This document shows positions 46,869 to 56,729 of a stretch of DNA of 64,000 bases, in pieces. The stretch lies in NCBI GenBank assembly GCA_024653215.1, contig JANLFU010000004.1, positions 29,574-93,573 on the forward strand, in the 5' to 3' direction. The first letter of the stretch is position 1. The number at the start of each line of letters is the position of its first letter. The position numbers were made by a program, and so were the translations under genes. The notes below the pieces were generated by a model. The model was not told the DNA's origin. It saw only the letters and a program-made list of their open reading frames with translations, and made no database searches. Origin of the DNA: Candidatus Saccharicenans sp. Its GTDB lineage: Bacteria; Acidobacteriota; Aminicenantia; Aminicenantales; Saccharicenantaceae.

Positions 46869-47966
46869 TTAATTTTTCTGAATCCCGGTCGGCCTTCTTG
46901 AAAAAATCTCATGGTAATTCTTTATCTTGATCCTTTTTATCACCGGCCAACCTTCCCGATCTTCCGAGATGAAATACAAAAATCCATTATTTATCAATTT
47001 CGGTTTGGCCTGGCACTTAGCGGATAGTAAATAGTTGCCTTCTTCACTATAAATGTCTGCTATGTAGATTTTTTGTTTGCGCCTTTTCCGAGATGTGGTT
47101 ATCACATATAACCTATTCGATTCATCCAAAATCAATGCACTGAAAAGAGGCGCTGGGTTTCTACGATGGACATCATTTCTTGTCCTTTGACTTGAAATAT
47201 CCGGGGTTGTCTCCCTCGAAAAGGGAGGCCCCTCAATTGTTCTGACCAGGTTTCCAGAATAATCGTAAAACCTGATAAAGTACTGCGAGTTGTGAGCTAA
47301 CCACACTCCATTTCCGGCAGGGCATATGATAAAAGCCGGGAGGTTCTCGGGGTTAATAATCCCACCCGCCACTCCCCCTTCTTTACTGAACCTCAAAGTC
47401 CAGAGGCCGTGATCCTTAGGTTCCTGAAGAAAATATTTTATTCTTCCCTTTGCATCTAATCCGGTGATTTGACCAATCTTGCCTGATTCAGTGCTTGATA
47501 AGGTTACACCTATTATTTCATCATCATTGCTGGCGGCAAAATTGCCCGCGAGAAATGTGTCCAGTGGGAATTGTCTCAAGAACTCTCCTTTTCTTGAGTA
47601 TATTATTATTTTCCTTCCCTGGTCGTTGATGAATATCTTTTCTTCATTAACCCCCATGCCAATTATCCCTGTAAACTCGCCCGGCCCTTGGCCGGTTGAT
47701 CCAATTTCTCCGCATAAATTTCCACTGGCGTCCCATTCGGTAATTTTATCCTGTTCCAGCACATAATATTTTCCCCATCGGCTTAGATAAAATTCCTGGA
47801 TGAGTTTGGCTCCCGATTTTCTCGTATCTATAAAGATCTCCTCCTCGCCTTCCTTTATAAATTCTAGTTCTTCAAACCGCATAGATTGGTGCAATTTAAA
47901 AAATCCAATGCCTATGAGCATGGCAACGAAAATGATCGCAATAAGTACCGCTCCCCTCTGCTGCAT
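46869..47966 (-). CDS. Membrane-anchored NHL / 6-bladed beta-propeller-like protein
   Basis: N-terminal TM (AVLIAIIFVAMLIGIGFF). Repeated …G.IGSTGQGPGEF…I.V…DDEI… blade-like units. AT-rich. Own TTGACA-N15-TAGAAT promoter-like sequence immediately upstream of the ATG (possibly leaderless). Confidence 0.45.
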   Translation of the reverse strand: MQQRGAVLIAIIFVAMLIGIGFFKLHQSMRFEELEFIKEGEEEIFIDTRKSGAKLIQEFYLSRWGKYYVLEQDKITEWDASGNLCGEIGSTGQGPGEFTGIIGMGVNEEKIFINDQGRKIIIYSRKGEFLRQFPLDTFLAGNFAASNDDEIIGVTLSSTESGKIGQITGLDAKGRIKYFLQEPKDHGLWTLRFSKEGGVAGGIINPENLPAFIICPAGNGVWLAHNSQYFIRFYDYSGNLVRTIEGPPFSRETTPDISSQRTRNDVHRRNPAPLFSALILDESNRLYVITTSRKRRKQKIYIADIYSEEGNYLLSAKCQAKPKLINNGFLYFISEDREGWPVIKRIKIKNYHEIFSRRPTGIQKN

Positions 47967-48009
47967 CTCAAATTCTATTCTGAGTTAGTTAATGTCAAGA
48001 TAAAGTGTC

Positions 48010-48288
48010 TTACACCATCGGAGGCACGGCCTCACAATATGAGCCCCACCAGGCTCCGCCGCACTCACAGAAAATACCTCTTATGGGCCCTCCCGAATAA
48101 TACCTGTAATAACCACAGACCTCATGTCCGCCGCAATTTCCAAAAGTTTCGCAGAAAAGCAAGGTCCCATCCCCGCATAAGAAATTAATGCCGCAGCTAA
48201 GAGCGGGCCGACTGACTGTGAAGAAAAAGCCAGCAATGAGTGAGCTGACGATGAGAATTGGTATCGCCAGCCGCTTAAATTTTGGCAT
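48010..48288 (-). CDS. Secreted cysteine-rich small peptide precursor (92 aa, 8 Cys in the mature ~60 aa)
   Basis: Strong AAGGAGGG RBS 5 nt before the ATG. N-terminal signal/TM MPKFKRLAIPILIVSSLIAGFFFTVSRPALS. Then CGINFLCGDGTLLFCETFGNCGGHEVCGYYRYYSGGPIRGIFCECGGAWWGSYCEA, rich in Cys, Gly, Tyr and Trp. Confidence 0.55.
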   Translation of the reverse strand: MPKFKRLAIPILIVSSLIAGFFFTVSRPALSCGINFLCGDGTLLFCETFGNCGGHEVCGYYRYYSGGPIRGIFCECGGAWWGSYCEAVPPMV

Positions 48289-48316
48289 GTTAACCCTCCT
48301 TGATAAAATTATGAGT

Positions 48317-49411
48317 TCATAAATCAGCCTCGAAGATTATGGGCTGCCGGTTTTCCGGCCTTGTCGCCAGGCCAAACATCCTTCCGGCCGGCAAAATGAC
48401 AAAGCAATCTATATAAGAGGTTATATCTTGGTCATTCAGAGTTATCTTGAGCGTTCCGAGGAACTCGGCCTGCGGGCCGAACAGTAGAAATTTCTCATAC
48501 CCAAGGTAGTAGATGGACCCCTTATAAACTCCAATCCCTCTGTTCATTCTGACCAGCCGGATCTGGTTTGGTTTATTCTGTTTTTCCGGCGTGTCAGCCA
48601 TGATCTCCCTTTCTCGTTCCAGGGCGCGGTTAATCTCAGGAATATCTGATAGGCGCAGGTCCCTTTTGAATAGCTCCTTTCCAGTATGCCGGTCAAAGGC
48701 GAATAGTATCGGCAGGCAGGCATAAGCACCGTAGATGATCTGCCCATCAGCAAACAGCTCAACCAGGTTAAAGTGAAGATGAGCTATGTGGGAGGAACAT
48801 TTTATGGCTTTACCAAAAGCGCGGATTTGGTTGAAATTGAAATCAAATATGGAGAAAATGGGTTCCTCATTCATCTCGGCGATAGACCGGGTGACCTTTC
48901 TCGCTGGCGCAATCAATTCATTTTCCTGGCCGATGATGAGTGAGGGAAGGAAATAGGTTTCTTTCCTGGATATCACCCTTATCTTTGGGGCAAACCGATC
49001 GAATATTTTTATCTCTCCACCGGAGTTGTTTATGACGGCCAACATCTTATCGTTTGCGGTGACCGCCACGGGATAGTACAAATCTATCTCTCTCTGACCT
49101 ATACCCCCAATTACTCTTCTTAGCCTCCCCTCCCTATCAATTTCCAGGATCCTGTGCCTGTTAGAATCAATCAGGTATGCGGTTAAATCTTCGGTCATGT
49201 GGAATAGCTTGGTCTGAAAAAAAGTCCGGGAAATTTCGAAGTCTGTACCCAGGGTCTGCAGATCCAAAAATATCCGGGCCGCGATGACCATTTCTGGTAA
49301 GTTGCGGCCCCCCGGCACAGGGTTTTCCTGGTGGCAGGACGTGGAAAGACAGAGAAATAACATGATGAATGGAAAGGGTATATAAAAGCTTGGTCTTCTA
49401 CGTATTATCAT
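48317..49411 (-). CDS. Lipoprotein, NHL / beta-propeller-like (paralog of 46869-47966)
   Basis: Lipoprotein signal (…IMLFLCLSTSC). …IGGIGQREIDLYYPVAVTANDKMLAVINNSGGEIKIF… blade-like repeats. Start ATG overlaps the stop of the upstream redoxin gene (ATGA), indicating translational coupling. Confidence 0.45.
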   Translation of the reverse strand: MIIRRRPSFYIPFPFIMLFLCLSTSCHQENPVPGGRNLPEMVIAARIFLDLQTLGTDFEISRTFFQTKLFHMTEDLTAYLIDSNRHRILEIDREGRLRRVIGGIGQREIDLYYPVAVTANDKMLAVINNSGGEIKIFDRFAPKIRVISRKETYFLPSLIIGQENELIAPARKVTRSIAEMNEEPIFSIFDFNFNQIRAFGKAIKCSSHIAHLHFNLVELFADGQIIYGAYACLPILFAFDRHTGKELFKRDLRLSDIPEINRALEREREIMADTPEKQNKPNQIRLVRMNRGIGVYKGSIYYLGYEKFLLFGPQAEFLGTLKITLNDQDITSYIDCFVILPAGRMFGLATRPENRQPIIFEADL

Positions 49412-50367
49412 TTCAGCTTCGTTTTTAATTTACTAATTCTCTGGTTTATTTCTTTAATTATCCTTTCTTCTGAGAATCCCGGATATTCAGACCAGATAAC
49501 CACCCTATTATTATCGATAAGAACAGACCAGGGATCACACTTTAATCTTTCCTCTGTTATAAAAATGTTCTCTTCTGACATGAAATTTTGAATCAAATAT
49601 GTAGGGAAATTCCACCCCTGGGAGGTTCTAATCATCTTGACATCATCAACAGAAAAAGGCTCCATGAAAAAAACACCGAGGAAGGGGCCATCACCCGCAT
49701 TCGTGGAAATTTTCCGGAGCGTCTCAAGCCGGCTCACATGTTTGCAGGAAAGGCAGGAAGAATATGAAGAAAAAAATGTGAGAATGTTTAATTTTTTTAA
49801 CTCTTCAGATAGGGTCCTTCTTTGCCCATCTATTTCATAAATCATAAAGTCTGGAATAATTTCCCGTTCAATAAAAGGAGGTGACCAGACCGGGGGCTCC
49901 GCTCGCATTTCAACCATGTTCAGGTGTCTTTCTATTAGTTGTCTCAACAGCTCAGGCGGGAGAAGCTCGCTTTCCTTGAAAAGTATTTCTTGGTCAGGAC
50001 TGACAAGCATGGTAGCGCCACAGCACCCATTCAGGTTATGCTTTTCGATAAATTTGATTCCTCCGTCCTGTATTACGGGAAAAGATACCCGGCATAGCTG
50101 CTTGGCTTCTTCGGTGTCTTGGCGATTTCCGGTTGAAATTCCGAATACGGATAAGTTGAACATCTTAAATCTTTTCCATAGAGCCTGGGCATACATAATC
50201 GAAAATCTGTGAGAGAGGTTTTTGGGATCAAAAACTAAGAATAGTTCATGCTGGCGATGTAACCTATCACTAACCACCTGTTGGGGGTTGATGACTCCAG
50301 GAACCAGGCTGCGTAGGCAAGAAAAGGACAGGGTTAGAAAAATCAGGGTTTTCCCAACCCTATGCAT
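49408..50367 (-). CDS. Lipoprotein thiol-disulfide oxidoreductase (thioredoxin/TlpA-like fold, CxxC)
   Basis: Lipoprotein-like signal MHRVGKTLIFLTLSFSC. Redoxin-like segments (…VFGISTGNRQDTEEAKQ…, …LTFFSSYSSCLSCKHV…) with a C-L-S-C motif. First gene of the AT-rich operon. Confidence 0.4.
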   Translation of the reverse strand: MHRVGKTLIFLTLSFSCLRSLVPGVINPQQVVSDRLHRQHELFLVFDPKNLSHRFSIMYAQALWKRFKMFNLSVFGISTGNRQDTEEAKQLCRVSFPVIQDGGIKFIEKHNLNGCCGATMLVSPDQEILFKESELLPPELLRQLIERHLNMVEMRAEPPVWSPPFIEREIIPDFMIYEIDGQRRTLSEELKKLNILTFFSSYSSCLSCKHVSRLETLRKISTNAGDGPFLGVFFMEPFSVDDVKMIRTSQGWNFPTYLIQNFMSEENIFITEERLKCDPWSVLIDNNRVVIWSEYPGFSEERIIKEINQRISKLKTKLK

Positions 50368-50389
50368 TTTTTTCCCTTTTACAAAACCA

Positions 50390-50415
50390 TTTTAGCAAAA
50401 AAAAAAATATGTCAA
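50390..50415 (-). promoter_or_regulatory. Candidate sigma70 promoter for the redoxin / propeller / Cys-peptide operon
   Basis: Minus strand: TTGACA (50415-50410), 18-nt T-rich spacer, TAAAAT (50395-50390). About 22 nt upstream of the AAGGGA RBS and the ATG at 50367. Confidence 0.4.
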
Positions 50416-51239
50416 GTCCCTTGTTCTTTCCGGTAAAGACATAGTATCCAGTCTAATGGGCCTGTTTGGAAGTGGCACGGTGGTTAGGGCTAAAGGCCCT
50501 CAGGGCAGGAGAAAAGAGGAAACGCAGCCAGAGAAAAGAATCCATCGTTAGAACGTGTAACGAGATTATTATGAAAGAAAACGGCCGACCTCTTTTGGGC
50601 ATGCCTGTCATAGTGACATGAGGTTATGAACCAGATTTTCGCGCTCTCTGGTCATTTAGGTAATGAAAATACAGCCCTGCTCGGTTGGAAGCAGGGCCTG
50701 GGTGAAGGGCAAGGAAAGGAGGGGATTAAGAGAAGGAGGCGTTGAGGTTTAACTCCTGATTAAACCTGAATATTCCTCTTATTCTCATCTTTGCTCAATT
50801 GGATAAACAAACGGGGAGCCGTTTTGGTTGCAGGGAAATGAAGGATATTTTGAAGGGGAAGGCAATAAAAATTAAAGAATCATATAAGGGAAATAAGGGA
50901 AAAAGGGATCGAAAGGAAGCAAGGGTTAGAAAAATTAAAGAGAATGAAATAAAAAGCTGCTTTTTCTAATAATTATCTTTTTCCCCTTGCTAACAACAAA
51001 ACAATTATACCATAAATAAAAAAATTTTGCAAGAAAAATTTCACAGTTTTTAAAATTTTCCTGAAAGTTTCTGACGGATGCTGCTATATGGGGAAAAAAC
51101 AGGTCCTGGATGCAAAATTTTGGGGTCAAGGCTTTAATTTTGAGCCCTTCCGGGGTTAAAATACCGATGTCTGGCGGAATAATTGCCTTTTTGTGCCTGA
51201 AAACCCCGGCCAGAGGCCCGTTTTGGAGGAGAAAGCCTC

Positions 51240-52652
51240 ATGAACAAGGAAAAATTCAGGAAATATGGCCATGAACTGGTGGACTGGGTGGCCGATTACC
51301 TGGAAAATGCGGAAAAGTACCCGGTAAAATCCACCGTCCAGCCCGGAGAAATAAAAGCCCAGTTACCGCCTTCACCCCCGGCCCACCCCGAGGAAATGGA
51401 CAGGATCTTAGAAGATTTTAACAGGATTATCATGCCCGGGATTACCCACTGGCAGCATCCGGGCTGGTTTGCCTACTTTCCGTCAAATAACAGTCCGGCC
51501 TCCATCCTGGGGGAGCTGCTGGCGGCCGGACTGGGTACCCAGGGCATGGTCTGGCAGACCTCCCCGGCGGCCACCGAGCTGGAGGAGGTGGTCATGGACT
51601 GGTTGCGGCAAATGATCGGACTGCCCGAGGGCTATGCCGGGGTCATCCAGGATACCGCTTCCACCGCTACCCTGTGCGCCCTGCTCGCGGCCCGGGAAAA
51701 AATAACCGGTTTCAGGGTGAATGACGAAGGCTTCAGGGAAATCCTTCGCGTTTATGCCTCCCGGGAAGCCCATTCCAGCGTGGACAAAGGGGTAAAGATT
51801 GCCGGCTATGGTAAAAAGAATCTGGTTCACATACCGGTAGATGACGAGTTTGCCATGATTCCGGGCGAGCTGGAAAGGGCCATTGAAAATGACCTCAAGG
51901 CCGGGCTCAAGCCGGCCTGCGTGGTGGCCACGGTCGGCACCACTTCTTCCGGGGCGGTTGACCCCTTAAAACCAATCGGTGAAATCTGCCAGAAATACGG
52001 CCTCTGGCTGCACGTGGATGCCGCCTATGCCGGCACGGCGGCCATCCTGCCCGAGAAACGCTGGGTCCTGGAAGGAGCGGAGCTGGCCGATTCCCTGGTC
52101 TTTAACCCGCACAAGTGGATGCTGACCAACTTTGACTGCTCGGCCTTCTTTATCAAAAACCCGGAAGTCCTGACCCGGACCTTTGAAATTCATCCTGAAT
52201 ACCTCAAGACCGGGGTTGATGCCGTGGTCAAGAATTACCGGGACTGGGGCATTCAACTCGGGCGCCGCTTCCGGGCCTTGAAGCTGTGGTTTGTGCTGCG
52301 TAGCTACGGGGTGGAAGGGATCAAGAAAATTATCCGCCGCCACATTCACCTGGCCGAGCTCTTCCGCGATGAACTGCAGCAGGACCGTCGGTTTGAAATC
52401 CTGGCCCCGGTGTACTTCAGCCTGGTTTGCTTCAGGCTGAATGACGGGCGCCCGGAAGATGGCCTCAACGAACTCAACCGGAAGCTGCTGGAGGCGGTCA
52501 ATTCCACCGGAAAGCTGTTCATGACCCATACCACGCTTAACGGAAAGTACACCATTCGGCTGGTCGTAGGGCAGAGAACTACCGAGGAGCGCCATGTGCG
52601 CCAGGCCCTGGAAATAATCCGGCAGAAGGCCGACGAACTGCTGCAAATTTAA
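51240..52652 (+). CDS. Pyridoxal-dependent aromatic-L-amino-acid (group II) decarboxylase
   Basis: 470 aa. …HWQHPGWFAYFPS…, PLP-lysine motif NPHKWMLTNFDCSAFF, typical DDC/TyrDC family signature. Confidence 0.8.
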   Translation: MNKEKFRKYGHELVDWVADYLENAEKYPVKSTVQPGEIKAQLPPSPPAHPEEMDRILEDFNRIIMPGITHWQHPGWFAYFPSNNSPASILGELLAAGLGTQGMVWQTSPAATELEEVVMDWLRQMIGLPEGYAGVIQDTASTATLCALLAAREKITGFRVNDEGFREILRVYASREAHSSVDKGVKIAGYGKKNLVHIPVDDEFAMIPGELERAIENDLKAGLKPACVVATVGTTSSGAVDPLKPIGEICQKYGLWLHVDAAYAGTAAILPEKRWVLEGAELADSLVFNPHKWMLTNFDCSAFFIKNPEVLTRTFEIHPEYLKTGVDAVVKNYRDWGIQLGRRFRALKLWFVLRSYGVEGIKKIIRRHIHLAELFRDELQQDRRFEILAPVYFSLVCFRLNDGRPEDGLNELNRKLLEAVNSTGKLFMTHTTLNGKYTIRLVVGQRTTEERHVRQALEIIRQKADELLQI

Positions 52653-53082
52653 TAAATTTTGAAATCGCCGCTTCTTGGGTTGCGGGAAGAGCGATCTTTT
52701 GTCTAATGTCTGAATCTTAAAATTTTTAGGAAATTTCTTTTCATAGAAATTTCACCTGTGCCATTTTTTTTCCCTCACTTTTTTGGAACAAATTTGTCCA
52801 CAGCCCGCCTTTCTTAGTTAAACTGCAAGTTATCAGGGGCGATGGTGACCTCTCCCGTTCAAGGATAGAAAATTCAGGGAAAGAACCCGGCTTCAATTAT
52901 TAATTTCAAAATTTTCAAAAATCTGGCGTGCTTTTAATTAAGGATATTACGAATAATGAATTCTCAGGGAAAGGGAGCCTTAACAATGGAAGTCACCCGC
53001 GTGGATTGCCACTTAAGAATTCTCTGCCTCTGCGCCGGCAATGGTCTTCTTGCTTAGGCAGAGAGCGGATTATCCTGGCTCG

Positions 53083-55260
53083 TCACTTGTCAGTCGGGCG
53101 GGCGCTCCAGCGGTACTCGCCCTTCGGGTCGGGGATCCTCAGGTAATAACCCCAGCCCCCGGCACCCTGCAGCACCTTTATCAGCACCTTGTTCCAGCCG
53201 GCCTGCAACCTGACTTTGACCCTGTCCTGGTCGGGATAAGCGCCGCGGTATGAAGGGTTGGTGTGGACCAGGTTATCGTTTACCCACAGCCTGACCCCGT
53301 CATCGCTCCCCAGCAGAAGAACCACTTCACGGTCTTCGGGCGAATACAGGTAGGTCAGGCCGTAGGCGATGGCCTGCTCGTTGGGCTGGACCAGCTGGCT
53401 CAGGGCCACGTAGCCGCTGGCCGGGGCTTTAACCTGCTTCCAGGCCACCGGCAAGCCACCTTTACCCTGGTAGGACCTGTTAAGCTTTATATCCTGCTCC
53501 GGCGGATAGACGGTGGTCAGGTTGTTCATGTCGGGCGCGTCAAAGGGTCCTATCAGGTACCAGTCCAGGGCGAAGTTTTGCCTGGCCGGGATGAGATTAA
53601 CCCCGACGATGGCCAGGTCGGAGGCCGTGGACCTGACGTCCTTTCCGGCTACTTCCAGCCAGAAAACATTTTCTCCCATCACGAGTTCCTGGGCCTTGAT
53701 GGTCAGGGTTTCGATCGTAGTGTCCGGCCCATAGCCATTGACCCTGGCCAGGGTCTGGTATTCGGGCTCGGGTGGGGTTACGGGCTCCACCTGTTCCTGC
53801 TTTTCCAGGACTTCTTTCTTTTCCTCTTCTTTTATCTTTTCCTGCGTTTCGTCGATTTTCTTTTCTTCTTCTGAACTGGCCTTTTCTTCCGTCTTTGGAA
53901 TTTCTTTCAGGATGGACCAGTTGCCGATTCCCGGCCCTTTCAGGTAATAAACCTGGATATCATAAATGTCGTGCAGGCTGGCTTTGAGAGTGAGTTTCGC
54001 CCGGTAGCCGGTGCTGGCTCCTTCTGTGCCGACTGCCTGGTAACGCTGTCCGCCCTGGTCATAATAGGAAGTAAGAATAGTGGCCAGGGTCGGCGCGGTT
54101 ATCCTGGTTCCGCTGACATTGTCCTGGTAGGTCGTTTCGGGGCCTTCAACGTTATTGATTTTCACCCAGAGCGGCTGGGTGAAATTGTCACTGGTCTCCA
54201 GGGCAAAGGGCAACCGCCGGTCGACCGGCGGGAAGGGTGGGAATGGCTTGTGCGGCTCGGCCTGGTACCAGTAAGCCACCGAGCTGTAGAAATCCGAGCG
54301 ATCGTTGGCGTGGCCGTGCTCTATGGTGACCCTTATCGACCGGGAGAAGGGGATGGGGTCGGGCAGGTGAAATCTATAGACCGTGGCCTTGGCCCCCACC
54401 TGGAAGTCTTCTTCCTGGAGCGAGCAGCCGTAATAAAGATTATTGCCCTCTCTCATTCCCCAGGCGTCGGAGAAGTAATCCTCGCTGCCCGTGCCGTGAA
54501 GGGACGGCGACTCTTCCCCGTCCACGTAAATCATGTCATCCCCCTCTCCCCACCAGCCCATGGACCTCTGCAGGACGCTCAGGTTGCAGCCCACGTAGTG
54601 GCCACGGCCGACGGCGTCCAGGATGAGGTAGTTTTTCCCGGGCTCGCAGGGAAATTCCTGCCGGTACTGGGCATGGAAGTAGGGGACTTCAGGCTTGAGG
54701 TCGTCGACTTCCCGGTAATCTATGTAGTAATAGAAGGAGCCTACGGGGCGGCTGCCTTCGTTGGTCACGGTGATACGGGCAGACCAGCGGAAGGGCATGA
54801 ACCAGTAACAGTTGAGGGCCCGGCCCTCTGAGGAACGGACGATGGGCACCGAGACCAGGTTGCGGTTCAGACCGTGACCGACGGCGAAAAAGTCGCCGAC
54901 TGGAACTTCGACCGAGGGGGTATCCTCCCCGTCCCAGTACATCCGCAGTACCAGCTTGCGGCCATAAAAAGCTTCGGCCGAGATGGTAAACCAGATATGG
55001 TGGATGGCCGCCGGCCCCTTGATCTCGGCCAGGACCGCGGTCTGGCCGGGGGCGATGCTGATGGCGTCGCGGTTGCCGCCGGTCGGGTCAAAGGATGAAA
55101 TCCTCTTGCTGCGGTAATTCTGTTTTTCGCCCAGCGAGGACAGAATATTCTGGCCATAAGTTAGGCTGAATAAAAGAAGGAGTATGAAAGATAAGCAGAA
55201 CCAATGCGCTTTTTTCATTTTCCTGATAGGGTCTTTTCTTCCCGGCCTTGAAGTTTTCAT
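53083..55260 (-). CDS. Secreted DUF2961 (GH172-like) family protein with C-terminal extension
   Basis: Signal peptide after the MKTSRPG… start (AAGAGG RBS). Conserved MGWWGEGDDMIYVDGEE…HGTGSEDYF block is characteristic of DUF2961. ~725 aa. Confidence 0.5.
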   Translation of the reverse strand: MKTSRPGRKDPIRKMKKAHWFCLSFILLLLFSLTYGQNILSSLGEKQNYRSKRISSFDPTGGNRDAISIAPGQTAVLAEIKGPAAIHHIWFTISAEAFYGRKLVLRMYWDGEDTPSVEVPVGDFFAVGHGLNRNLVSVPIVRSSEGRALNCYWFMPFRWSARITVTNEGSRPVGSFYYYIDYREVDDLKPEVPYFHAQYRQEFPCEPGKNYLILDAVGRGHYVGCNLSVLQRSMGWWGEGDDMIYVDGEESPSLHGTGSEDYFSDAWGMREGNNLYYGCSLQEEDFQVGAKATVYRFHLPDPIPFSRSIRVTIEHGHANDRSDFYSSVAYWYQAEPHKPFPPFPPVDRRLPFALETSDNFTQPLWVKINNVEGPETTYQDNVSGTRITAPTLATILTSYYDQGGQRYQAVGTEGASTGYRAKLTLKASLHDIYDIQVYYLKGPGIGNWSILKEIPKTEEKASSEEEKKIDETQEKIKEEEKKEVLEKQEQVEPVTPPEPEYQTLARVNGYGPDTTIETLTIKAQELVMGENVFWLEVAGKDVRSTASDLAIVGVNLIPARQNFALDWYLIGPFDAPDMNNLTTVYPPEQDIKLNRSYQGKGGLPVAWKQVKAPASGYVALSQLVQPNEQAIAYGLTYLYSPEDREVVLLLGSDDGVRLWVNDNLVHTNPSYRGAYPDQDRVKVRLQAGWNKVLIKVLQGAGGWGYYLRIPDPKGEYRWSARPTDK

Positions 55261-55439
55261 TGGGTAGCCTCTTTTTGAGAAATTATAAGCTATCAAATTA
55301 TAACTTTTTTCCTCCCGCTAAATCCATAAGTGGCAAGTCACAGGCTGTCCGGGTGGCCTGGTAAATTAAGGTGTTTTTGACAGGGCGCAAGCCGGGAAAG
55401 ACAGAGAACTTAACTGTCAGGAGCTAAGCCGCCGACCGG

Positions 55440-56405
55440 TTAATCCCTGACGTAGGTCAGCCACTTTTCGAACTTCGGGTTCTGGCCGGTGACTACCTTC
55501 TTGTACTCTTCGGCAATCCTGGTGGTAATCGGTCCGGGACTCCCACTGCCAAGGATATACACCGGGCCATCAACCGGGTTTTCTGAGAAATCGGCCACTT
55601 TAACCACCGAGGTTACTTCCACGGCCGTCCCGCAGAAGAAGGCCTCGTCAGCCTGGAATAGGTCGCCCTTGGTAATCGGAGCGACTTTAGTCCCGTAGCC
55701 CAGGTCGGCCGCGATCTCCAGCAGGCTGGTCCTGGTGATACCTTCCAGGATCGATTCCGAGCGGTCGTTGGTGTGGAGTACTCCGTCCTTTATCACGAAC
55801 AGGTTCTCACCCGGGCCCTCGGCCACCCGGCCTTCCAGGTTGAGGAAGATGGCTTCATCGTAGCCCCTTTCCCGGGCCTCGGTGCCGTTGATCATCGACT
55901 GGACATAGACTCCGCCCAGCTTGGCCGACAGGTCGAGCTGCGAGTTATGAATCCGGCGCTTGGGGACGATGCAGGCATTAACCCCCAGCCTGGCTTTTTC
56001 GCCGAGGTAGGCGCCCCATTCCCAGGCTCCGACCAGCAATTCCACCGGCGAGAACTTGGGCACCAGGCCAAGGTTGCCGTAAGAATAAAACAGCAGCGGC
56101 CTGATGTAGGCGCTATCCAGCTGGTTTTCCCGCACGATCAGCCGGCAGGCTTCTATGACCTCTTCTTTGGTATAGGGGACCTTCATCTTGATGACCTGGG
56201 CCGAGTGGAAAAAGCGGTCGATGTGTTCCTTGAGCCGGAAAATGGCCGGGCCCCTGGAGGTGGGATAGGCCCTGATACCCTCAAAGGTGCAGGTTCCATA
56301 ATGCAGGGCGTGCATCATGGGGTGGAAGATGCCTTCTGACCAGTCGTAAAGCTTGCCCATGTACCAGTATTTCTTGGCATTCTTGAAGTGGGTATTAGGA
56401 AACAT
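55440..56405 (-). CDS. ilvE: Branched-chain-amino-acid aminotransferase
   Basis: …HALHYGTCTFEGIRAY… …EAFFCGTAVEVTSV… are fold-type IV PLP aminotransferase hallmarks. 321 aa. Confidence 0.85.
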   Translation of the reverse strand: MFPNTHFKNAKKYWYMGKLYDWSEGIFHPMMHALHYGTCTFEGIRAYPTSRGPAIFRLKEHIDRFFHSAQVIKMKVPYTKEEVIEACRLIVRENQLDSAYIRPLLFYSYGNLGLVPKFSPVELLVGAWEWGAYLGEKARLGVNACIVPKRRIHNSQLDLSAKLGGVYVQSMINGTEARERGYDEAIFLNLEGRVAEGPGENLFVIKDGVLHTNDRSESILEGITRTSLLEIAADLGYGTKVAPITKGDLFQADEAFFCGTAVEVTSVVKVADFSENPVDGPVYILGSGSPGPITTRIAEEYKKVVTGQNPKFEKWLTYVRD

Positions 56406-56729
56406 GAAAGACTCCTTGTGCCGAATTGTTTATCGTTAAAAACCGTGCCGGACTGGCACTAAAAAAGGGATCAACCGCCGGTTCTTTTATTTCGGTTATC
56501 ACTTATAAGACCTTAAGCTTTGAGAATTACTAATAACATAAAAGCAAAAAAAAGAAAAGTAAAATTTTGCCGGCAGAGCCCGGGTAGATAACAAATAAAA
56601 GCATGGAAGGCTGCTGTCAGAAGGTAGTTTCTTCTGCCAGCCAGTCCCAGGTCCGGGTCTAGTCTAATTGAGGACAGAAGAAATGCCGGGCCCGGGAAAG
56701 CAAAATCTGGTAAACTGGAGTGGTGAAAT

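Noticed and set aside
46594-46872. 92-aa ORF on the + strand overlapping the riboswitch region
   Set aside because: It lies entirely within the cobalamin riboswitch and leader of the TonB-dependent receptor. No RBS. Composition is driven by the structured RNA sequence.
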